Source of the DNA: Gammaproteobacteria bacterium
GTDB lineage: Bacteria; Pseudomonadota; Gammaproteobacteria; Steroidobacterales; Foliamicaceae
Assembly (NCBI GenBank): GCA_026707445.1
Contig: JAPOWV010000011.1
Location: forward strand, 19,927-83,926
Direction of reading: 5' to 3'
Length of the DNA: 64,000 nucleotides
Each line of letters begins with the position of its first letter. The stretch's first letter is position 1. Of this stretch, positions 57,010-64,000 are shown one piece after another. The position numbers and the translations under genes are program-made. The notes beneath the pieces are model-generated. The model was not told the DNA's origin. It saw only the letters and a program-made list of their open reading frames with translations, and searched no databases.

Positions 57010-58305
57010 TCAGTCCCTGCGGATGATGCGCCCGCCCAGCATCACGAATTCGACGTTCTCCAGGATCGAGATGTCTTCCACGGGATCGCCGGGCACGGCG
57101 ATGATGTCGGCCTGTTTGCCGGCCGCGATGCTGCCGATTTCGCCCTCGAGGTCCATCAGCGCGGCGCCGTTGAGCGTACCCATGACGATGGCGTCCATCG
57201 GCGTTACGCCCTGCCGAACCAGCGCGGCAAACTCCCGGGCGGAGTGGCGGTGAGGGAATACCTGGTCGGAGCCTACCGCCATTCTCACGCCCGCCTTGTA
57301 CGCTTTTCTGAAACTCTCGTCCCTGATTTTCGCGACTTCGCGGGCCTTGGCCATGATTTCCGGCGTCATCCGGCGGGATTGCGTGCTCCCCAGGATGTAA
57401 TCGAGGACGTACACGGTCGGCACCAGCCAGGTTTCCGACTCGACCATCATTTCGATGGCCTCGTCGTCCATCAGCGTGCCGTGCTCAATGCTGTCGAAGC
57501 CGGCCCGAACCGCGGACTTGACGGCGCTCGCGCCATGTATGTGCGCGGTGATCTTCTTGCCGTGGCGATGAGTTTCGTCGGAGAAGGCTGCGAGCTCCGC
57601 GTCGGTAAACGCCTGCACCCACGGGTCGTCGCCCACGGACATGATGCCGCCTGTGGCATGTACCTTGATCCAGTCCGCGCCGTACTTGAGTTCGCGGCGT
57701 ACCGCCTCGCGGGCCGCATCCTCGCCGGCCGCGATGACATACGGCGCGGTGGGCACGCCGCTGTCGGCAGCGATGGCGTTTCTGTCGCAATGCCCGCCAA
57801 GCGGACAAAGAAAGTGCGGGGCCACCTGCATTCGAGGGCCCGTGAACAGCCCCCCGGCGATCGCGTCGCGCAGGGCGATGGACCCGAAACCGACGTCGCC
57901 GTCGCCCGGTATGCGCAGCGTCGTATAGCCGTGCTGCAGCATTGTCTGCGCGTTCCTGAGGGCGACCAGCGTTTTCTCCGCGCTGGAGGAGTTCAGGCCC
58001 GGCCCGCCGACCATCAGGTGTGTGTGCGCGTCGATCAGGCCGGGCAGGCAGTAATGCCCGGTCAGATCGACGACGCTGGCGCCGTCCGGCGCGGCGACCC
58101 CGGAGCCCACGGCCGCTATGACGCCGTCGGAAACGAGAATGTCCTGCCGCTGAATGAGTCGTTCGCGCTCGACATCAACCAGGACGCCGCACCGCAGCAA
58201 AGTGGAGTCGGCCGACGTCGTGCCGGCGAGCAAAGCGAGCAGCAGGGCAACCGGCCATCGGCGCATCGGCCTGCGGTCGCCGCCGGGCAAGTCTCTGGCG
58301 TTCAT
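57010..58305 (-). CDS. Exported metal-dependent amidohydrolase embedded in the his operon
   Basis: ATG at 58305 (ATGA overlap with the hisD stop), or an ATG at 58266 giving MRRWPVALLLALLAGTTSADS. GLIDAHTHL, KVHATGG, AHIHG and GSDQ motifs of the amidohydrolase superfamily. Confidence 0.8.
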   Translation of the reverse strand: MNARDLPGGDRRPMRRWPVALLLALLAGTTSADSTLLRCGVLVDVERERLIQRQDILVSDGVIAAVGSGVAAPDGASVVDLTGHYCLPGLIDAHTHLMVGGPGLNSSSAEKTLVALRNAQTMLQHGYTTLRIPGDGDVGFGSIALRDAIAGGLFTGPRMQVAPHFLCPLGGHCDRNAIAADSGVPTAPYVIAAGEDAAREAVRRELKYGADWIKVHATGGIMSVGDDPWVQAFTDAELAAFSDETHRHGKKITAHIHGASAVKSAVRAGFDSIEHGTLMDDEAIEMMVESETWLVPTVYVLDYILGSTQSRRMTPEIMAKAREVAKIRDESFRKAYKAGVRMAVGSDQVFPHRHSAREFAALVRQGVTPMDAIVMGTLNGAALMDLEGEIGSIAAGKQADIIAVPGDPVEDISILENVEFVMLGGRIIRRD

Positions 58306-59612
58306 CGCTCGGGTCTCCGGCGCACTTCCGCGGCGCGCGCGTGGGCCTCCAGCCCCTCGGTGCGGGCTAGCACGGCAATGGAGCCCGCAATGCTTTCCAG
58401 CCCTTCCCGGGAAAGTTCCTGAACGCTGATCCGCTTGTAGAAGTCGATCAGCCCAAGGCCGCTGGCCCAGCGGGCGCTGCCGTAGGTGGGCAGCACGTGA
58501 TTGGCGCCGTTGCAGTAATCGCCGCTGGATTCCGGCGACCACGGACCGAGGAAAACGGCGCCCGCGTTGCGGATTTCCGCCGCCAGCGCGCGCGGGTTCG
58601 CAACCTGCAGCAGCAGGTGTTCGGGGGCGTAGCGGTTGGCCACTTCGACGGCGTCCTCCAGCGAGTCCACGACCAGCAGGGCGCCGGCCGACAGCGATTT
58701 CTCCAGCACGTCCGTTCGGGGCAGCGTGCGCAACTGCCCGGCGATCGCTTCCTGGACGGCCGTCGCCAGCCGTTCGTCCAGGCACAGCAGCAGTACGTGC
58801 GCGTCCTCGCCGTGTTCGGCCTGGCTGAGCAGGTCCAGGGCGACGAATTCGGGATCCGCGCTCCGGTCGGCGATCACCATGGCCTCGGTCGGCCCCGCGG
58901 GGAGGTCCTGCGCCGGTCCGCCCGGCTGCATGGCCGCCAACTGCTTGGCGGCGGCGACCCAGCGGCTGCCGGGTCCGAAAATCTTGTCGACCCGGGGCAC
59001 GCTTTCGGTGCCGTAGGCCATTGCGGCGACCGCCTGGGCCCCGCCCAGCTTGAATATGCGGTGCACCTCGCACAGGCCCGCCACATAGAGAATGGCCGGG
59101 TTGATGCTGCCGTCGGCGGCAGGCGGCGCGCAGAGGATGCGCTGAGGGCAGCCGGCCAGTTGCGCGGGCGCCGCCAGCATCATTGCCGTGGAGGGCAGGG
59201 GGGCGGCCCCGGAAGGCACATACAGCCCGACCGCCTCGAGGGGGCGGTACCGCTGCTCGCAGACCACGCCGGGGACCGGCTCGGTGCGGGAGTCCGTTGG
59301 CCTTTGGGCCTCGTGGCAGCTGCGAATGTTGTCCAGCGCCGCGTGAATCGCCTCGCGCTGTTGCCCGCTCAGCAGAGCGGCGGCGTCCGCGATTTCGCTC
59401 TCGCCGGCTTCGATTTCGCCGAGTTCCACGCCGTCCAGTTCGGCTTCCAGCTCCCTGAGCGCCCTGTCCCCGCCGGCGCGCACCCGGTCCATGATGTCCT
59501 TCACGCGCGCTTCCAGCGCAGGGTCGGCGGGAGCGGCAAGCCGCTCGAGGACCGACGCGCGCTGGCTTTCGTCCAGCGCGTTCCAGCGGTAGACGGGCGG
59601 GATCGCAGTCAT
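58302..59612 (-). CDS. hisD: Histidinol dehydrogenase
   Basis: ATG at 59612 (ATGA overlap with the hisG stop). [15 protein letters not shown] and NHVLPT motifs. Confidence 0.9.
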   Translation of the reverse strand: MTAIPPVYRWNALDESQRASVLERLAAPADPALEARVKDIMDRVRAGGDRALRELEAELDGVELGEIEAGESEIADAAALLSGQQREAIHAALDNIRSCHEAQRPTDSRTEPVPGVVCEQRYRPLEAVGLYVPSGAAPLPSTAMMLAAPAQLAGCPQRILCAPPAADGSINPAILYVAGLCEVHRIFKLGGAQAVAAMAYGTESVPRVDKIFGPGSRWVAAAKQLAAMQPGGPAQDLPAGPTEAMVIADRSADPEFVALDLLSQAEHGEDAHVLLLCLDERLATAVQEAIAGQLRTLPRTDVLEKSLSAGALLVVDSLEDAVEVANRYAPEHLLLQVANPRALAAEIRNAGAVFLGPWSPESSGDYCNGANHVLPTYGSARWASGLGLIDFYKRISVQELSREGLESIAGSIAVLARTEGLEAHARAAEVRRRPER

Positions 59613-60514
59613 TCCAGCATCTTCTCCACCGGCAGCACCAGCACGGAACTGGCGCCCGCATCCTTCAGGGCCTCCAGCGTCTCCCAGAATACGCTTTCCC
59701 GGCAAACCGCATGCACGGCCACCCGATCATCGCGCCCGTCCAGCGGCATGATGGTGGGGGCCTCGGAGCCGGGCAGCAGCTCCGCGATGACGGGCAGGGC
59801 GGAGCGCGGCGCGTGCAGCATGATGTACTTGGTTTCGCGGGCCTGCATTACGCCGTCCATGCGGCGTTTGAGCAGATCCACCCAGTCTTTTCTTGCGGCC
59901 GGCAATTCGGCCGGGCTCAGGAGCAGCGCGGCCCGGCTTTCCAGCACCGTTTCGCCTTCCCTGAGCTGGTTGGCCGCCAGGGTCTTGCCGCTGGAGACCA
60001 GGTCGCAGATGGCCTCCGCGCGGCCCAGTCGCGGCGCAAGTTCCACCGCGCCGGAGAACGGAACGACTTCGGCGGTCACGCCCGATTCGGCCAGAAAGCG
60101 TCCGGTCAGTCGCGGATAGCTGGTCGCGACGCGGAGTCCCTCCAGGTCGGCGGCCCTGCGCGCCTCGCCGTCTTTGGGGTAGGCCATCGCCAGGCGGCAA
60201 TCGCCGAACGCCAGGCTGCGGATGCTTTCGGGGGCGGGCTGGCCGCTCTCCAGCCCCAGGCGCTGCTCCTCGGCAACGTTCAGGCCGACGATCCCCAGGT
60301 CGCAAGCCCCTTCGCGCACCAGGCCCGGGATTTCGTCGTCGCGCACCAGCAGCACGTCCACGGGCATGTTTTCGGCCACGGCCAGCAGTTCGTCGGCGCC
60401 CTGGGTGAGCCGCAGGCCGCAGCGCTTCAGTAGAGCCAGCGAGTGGTCGGTGAGACGCCCGGACTTCTGTACTGCGATCTGTACGCGTTCGCTGCGCTTC
60501 CATTTTGATGTCAT
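59609..60514 (-). CDS. hisG: ATP phosphoribosyltransferase (long form)
   Basis: ATG at 60514 (ATGA overlap with the leuB stop). IAVQKSGRL, DLVSSGKTL and a C-terminal regulatory domain. Confidence 0.9.
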   Translation of the reverse strand: MTSKWKRSERVQIAVQKSGRLTDHSLALLKRCGLRLTQGADELLAVAENMPVDVLLVRDDEIPGLVREGACDLGIVGLNVAEEQRLGLESGQPAPESIRSLAFGDCRLAMAYPKDGEARRAADLEGLRVATSYPRLTGRFLAESGVTAEVVPFSGAVELAPRLGRAEAICDLVSSGKTLAANQLREGETVLESRAALLLSPAELPAARKDWVDLLKRRMDGVMQARETKYIMLHAPRSALPVIAELLPGSEAPTIMPLDGRDDRVAVHAVCRESVFWETLEALKDAGASSVLVLPVEKMLE

Positions 60515-61572
60515 GGAGTGCTCCTGCCGAGACGGGCGAGGATGGCCTCGGTCAACTGCTCGGTCGTTGCGCTTCCCGCGATGTCGGCCGTGCGCACGCC
60601 ATCGGCAATCGAGGCGGCGACCGCCGCTTCGACGTCGCGGGCGGCTTCGGGGCTGTTCAGGCTCAGTTCCAGCATCATCGCCACGGACAGAATCATGCCG
60701 CATGGGTTCGCCAGGTTGCGGCCCTCGATGTCCGGCGCGGTCCCGTGAATGGGTTCGTAGAGGGCGCGCCGGCCTTCTCCAACGGAGGCCGAGGGCGCCA
60801 TTCCCAGCGAACCGGTCAGCACCGAAGCCTCGTCGGTGAGGATGTCGCCGAACATGTTTTCGGTCACGAGGACGTCGAACTGCGCGGCGTGCGTGAGCAG
60901 GCGCATCGCCGCGGCGTCCACCAGGAGGTGATCGAGCTCGAGTTCCGGGAACTCTTCGGCGATCACGCGCCCGGTCACCGTCCGCCAAAGGCGCGACGTG
61001 GCCAGGACGTTGGCCTTGTCGATGGAAGTCAGGCGGCCACGGCGGCTGCGCGCGAGTCCCGCCGCGTAGCGCACGACGCGTTCGACTTCTTCGCTGCTGT
61101 ACGTGCACAGGTCGCTGGCCGCATCGTCGCCTTCCTGCTTTTCGCCGAAATAGACGCCGCCGGTGAGTTCCCGCACGACGATCAGGTCCACGCCGGCCAG
61201 CTTGTCCGCGCGCAGCGGCGAGGCGTCCGAGGCGCCTGGCAACGGCCGGATCGGGCGAAGGTTTGCGTACACGCCGAGCAGCGCGCGCAGGTTCAGCAGG
61301 CCCTGTTCCGGCCGTAGTGCCGGATCCGCCGGCGGCGGTCCCGGCAGGCCGACCGCGCCCAGCAATACGGCGTCCGCCTCAAGGCAGAGGTCGCGCGTCG
61401 AGGAGGGGAAGGGGGCACCCGTTTCGGCCAGCGCGCGGCCGCCGAACGACGCCTCCCGCGTCTCAATATCCAGCGAGTGCCGGTCGGCCGCGGCCCTCAG
61501 CACGCGCAGGCCCGCGCGCATGACCTCCGGCCCGATTCCGTCGCCGGGCAGAACGGCAATGAGGGACGTCAA
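60511..61572 (-). CDS. leuB: 3-isopropylmalate dehydrogenase
   Basis: IAVLPGDGIGPEV, NMFGDILTDE and HGTAPDI motifs. Confidence 0.9.
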   Translation of the reverse strand: MTSLIAVLPGDGIGPEVMRAGLRVLRAAADRHSLDIETREASFGGRALAETGAPFPSSTRDLCLEADAVLLGAVGLPGPPPADPALRPEQGLLNLRALLGVYANLRPIRPLPGASDASPLRADKLAGVDLIVVRELTGGVYFGEKQEGDDAASDLCTYSSEEVERVVRYAAGLARSRRGRLTSIDKANVLATSRLWRTVTGRVIAEEFPELELDHLLVDAAAMRLLTHAAQFDVLVTENMFGDILTDEASVLTGSLGMAPSASVGEGRRALYEPIHGTAPDIEGRNLANPCGMILSVAMMLELSLNSPEAARDVEAAVAASIADGVRTADIAGSATTEQLTEAILARLGRSTP

Positions 61573-61575
61573 TGG

Positions 61576-62154
61576 CTAGCCTCCCGCACGCTGTTCCCAG
61601 GCGCTGATCCGGTCGCTCTGCCGGAGCAGGTAACCGAGTTGATCCACGCCGTTCATCAGGCAGTAGCGCGCAAAACGATCCAGTTCGAAGGGCGCAGGCG
61701 GCCCCTCGGGAAGTTCGACCCGGGTTTTCTCCAGGTCGATCGCGATTTCCGCTCCCGGATTGGCCTTGAGCCAGCGGTGCGGCTCGTCGTCGATTACCAC
61801 GGGGACGAAGCCGTTCTTGAGCGAGTTGTTGCGAAAAATGTCGGCGATGCTGGTGCTGATAACGGCGCGCAGGCCGGCCTCCAGCAGGGCCCAGGGCGCG
61901 TGCTCGCGGGACGAACCGCAACCGAAGTTGTCGCCCGCGACCAGGATGCTGCGGTCCCGGTTCTCGGGGCGGTTGAGCACGAAGTCGGGGTTGAGTTCGC
62001 CGTCGCCGGCGTAGCGCCAGTCGTGGAAGGCCGCGTCGCCCAGGCCCTTGCGCACGGTGGTCGTGAGGAAGCGCGCGGGAATGATCTGGTCGGTATCGAC
62101 ATTGTCGATGTCGAGCACAACGGTGCGCGATTCGATGCGAACGATCTTATCCAT
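61576..62154 (-). CDS. leuD: 3-isopropylmalate dehydratase small subunit
   Basis: ATG at 62154 in ORF 61576..62373. DNVDTDQIIPARFL and GDNFGCGSSREHAPWAL. Confidence 0.9.
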   Translation of the reverse strand: MDKIVRIESRTVVLDIDNVDTDQIIPARFLTTTVRKGLGDAAFHDWRYAGDGELNPDFVLNRPENRDRSILVAGDNFGCGSSREHAPWALLEAGLRAVISTSIADIFRNNSLKNGFVPVVIDDEPHRWLKANPGAEIAIDLEKTRVELPEGPPAPFELDRFARYCLMNGVDQLGYLLRQSDRISAWEQRAGG

Positions 62155-62168
62155 GACGGCGCCCCGGT

Positions 62169-63575
62169 TCAGCGGTCCATCAGCTCGCGCGGGTCCGCCA
62201 CCCGGCCCCGTATCGCGCTGGCCGCGGCCGTCAGCGGGCTGGCCAGGACGGTGCGCGCGCCCGGTCCCTGGCGGCCCTCGAAATTGCGGTTGCTGGTGCT
62301 TACGCAGAGCTTGCCGGCGCCGACCGTGTCGCCGTTCATGCCGATGCACATCGAGCAGCCCGCTTCGCGCCATTCGGCGCCGGCCGAAAGGAAGATCTCA
62401 TGCAGGCCCTCGGCTTCGGCCTCGCGCTTCACGATCTGCGAGCCCGGCACGACCAGCATGCGGACGTTGTCCGCGACCCGGTTTCCGCGCATCAACTCCG
62501 CCGCCGAACGCAGGTCGCTCAGCCGGGAATTGGTGCAACTGCCGAGGAAAACGATGTCCACGTCGCGCCCCTGCAGCGGCTTGCCCGGCTCCACGCCCAT
62601 GTAGGCCAGCGCCTTGTCGATGGCGGGATCGCCGCTGCCGGGCACCGGTTCGTCGATCTGCGCCGACATTCCGGGATTGGTGCCGTAGGTCACCATCGGG
62701 CGAAGCCGCCCCGCATCCAGGCTCACTTCGCGTTCGAACTGCGCGTCGCCGCGGTCCTCGAGTTCGCGCCAGCGCTCGAGCGCGGCGTCCCAATCGGCGC
62801 CCGCCGGCGCCATCGGGCGGCCATGCAGCCACTCGTAGGTCGTGTCGTCCGGCGCGATCATGCCGGCGCGGGCGCCGGCCTCGATGCTCATGTTGCACAT
62901 GGTCATCCGCTGTTCCATGGTCAGCTCCCGGACGGTTTCGCCGCGATACTGGAGGACGCGGCCCGTACCGCCGCCCACGCCCAGTTTGCGGATGATCGCC
63001 AGGATCAGGTCCTTGGAAGTCACGCCGGGACCCAGGCGGCCGCTCACGTTGACCGCCAGCGCGCCCGGGCGGCGCTGCAGCAGGCACTGCGTAGCCAGCA
63101 CGTGGCCCACTTCGGTGGTGCCGATGCCGAAGGCCAGGGCGCCGAACGCACCGTGGGTACTGGTGTGGCTGTCTCCGCAGACCACCGTGTGGCCCGGCCA
63201 GGTCGCGCCCTGTTCCGGACCCACGACATGCACGATTCCGCGTTCCGGACTGTCCAGACCGCGCAGCTCCACGCCGAACTCCGCGCAGTTCTCGATCATC
63301 GCGCGAACCTGGGCCGCCGCCGCGGGCAGCGCGACCCTATCCAGTTCTTCGAGCGTCGAAGCCGGCTCGGTCGGCGTCGAGTGGTCCATCGTCGCCAGCG
63401 TGCGGTCCGGCCGGCGCACCGGCAGGCCGTTCGCGCGCAGCACGTCGAACGCCTGCGGCGTCGTCACCTCGTGCACCAGGTGCAGGTCGATGTAGAGCAC
63501 CGCCGGCGTGTCCGGCGTTTCCGGGACGACTTCGTGCGCGTCCCAGATCTTGGCGAGCAGGGTCTTTCCGGACAT
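62169..63575 (-). CDS. leuC: 3-isopropylmalate dehydratase large subunit
   Basis: 468 aa. [28 protein letters not shown] and [10 protein letters not shown] motifs. Confidence 0.9.
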   Translation of the reverse strand: MSGKTLLAKIWDAHEVVPETPDTPAVLYIDLHLVHEVTTPQAFDVLRANGLPVRRPDRTLATMDHSTPTEPASTLEELDRVALPAAAAQVRAMIENCAEFGVELRGLDSPERGIVHVVGPEQGATWPGHTVVCGDSHTSTHGAFGALAFGIGTTEVGHVLATQCLLQRRPGALAVNVSGRLGPGVTSKDLILAIIRKLGVGGGTGRVLQYRGETVRELTMEQRMTMCNMSIEAGARAGMIAPDDTTYEWLHGRPMAPAGADWDAALERWRELEDRGDAQFEREVSLDAGRLRPMVTYGTNPGMSAQIDEPVPGSGDPAIDKALAYMGVEPGKPLQGRDVDIVFLGSCTNSRLSDLRSAAELMRGNRVADNVRMLVVPGSQIVKREAEAEGLHEIFLSAGAEWREAGCSMCIGMNGDTVGAGKLCVSTSNRNFEGRQGPGARTVLASPLTAAASAIRGRVADPRELMDR

Positions 63576-63581
63576 CGGCGT

Positions 63582-64000
63582 TCAGCCCTCCTTTTCGATT
63601 CCTTCCACCGGTTCCAGCCAGCCGCGCGGATCCTCAGTGCGTCCGTCGAACAGCCCGAAGAAGGCGTCTTGCAGGGCCCGGGTCAGCTCTCCGGGCTTGC
63701 CGTTGCCGATCGTCAGCCGGTCCAGGCTGCGCACCGGCGTGATTTCCGCCGCCGTGCCCGCCAGGAAGACTTCGTCGGCGATGTACAACACCTCCCGCGG
63801 CAGCGCCTCCTGTATGACCGGGATGCCCAGCCGCGTGGCGAGCTTGATCACCGTGTCGCGGGTGATTCCGGGAAGAATCGATGCGGAATAGGGCGGCGTG
63901 TAGAGCTTGCCGGCCACCGCCACGAAGACGTTCTCGCCGGCGCCTTCGCTGACCAGTCCGTCATGGGTCATGGCGAGCCCCTCGACGTAGCCGTTCTCCT
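63582..64000 (-). CDS. ilvE: Branched-chain amino acid aminotransferase, C-terminal part (gene continues past the right edge)
   Basis: EGAGENVFVAV.GKLYTPP...ILPGITRDTVI...EVFLAGTAAEITPV is the class IV aminotransferase signature. The open frame reaches the window end. Confidence 0.8.
   Translation of the reverse strand, partial: ENGYVEGLAMTHDGLVSEGAGENVFVAVAGKLYTPPYSASILPGITRDTVIKLATRLGIPVIQEALPREVLYIADEVFLAGTAAEITPVRSLDRLTIGNGKPGELTRALQDAFFGLFDGRTEDPRGWLEPVEGIEKEG

Overview
High-GC chromosomal segment (hand-counted 60-nt lines in the flanks are about 70% GC), densely packed with about 60 genes, many joined by ATGA/GTGA start-stop overlaps. It most likely comes from a gammaproteobacterium. 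This is inferred from thrS-infC-rpmI-rplT-pheS-pheT-ihfA-merR...tRNA-Pro synteny and a fused aspartokinase/diaminopimelate decarboxylase. Left to right: (1) a catabolic cluster with a TonB-dependent receptor fragment, YrdC-like protein, two MmgE/PrpD paralogs, hydantoinase A/B, amidase and DeoR regulator; (2) a form-II CODH-like molybdoenzyme cluster coxG-S-L-M-D-E followed directly by gdhA; (3) a cupin gene, then an operon of three paralogous beta-lactamase-fold serine hydrolases with a cytochrome c fusion protein; (4) a Rieske oxygenase / acyl-CoA ligase / thiolase-like / DUF35-SDR fusion / SDR / cyclase cluster; (5) a ~4.9 kb AT-richer island (about 31040-35964) with no mobility genes. It carries a Zn-ribbon DUF1156/COG1743-like DNA methyltransferase, a PD-(D/E)xK nuclease-fold protein, a convergent internally duplicated protein with two GIY-YIG-like modules, and a small ORF. 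This is the best candidate for an undescribed restriction/defence-type system; (6) three exported hypothetical or Spy-like proteins; (7) the translation-factor/aaRS block, a transporter insert flanked by 34-bp direct repeats, and tRNA-Pro(GGG); (8) an AI-2E transporter, FAD oxidase, lysC-lysA fusion and hisE; (9) a long minus-strand ilvE-leuCDB-hisGD-(amidohydrolase)-hisCBHAF supraoperon. No CRISPR array, rRNA, transposase or integrase was seen. Functional calls rest on motif recognition by eye, since no database search was possible.
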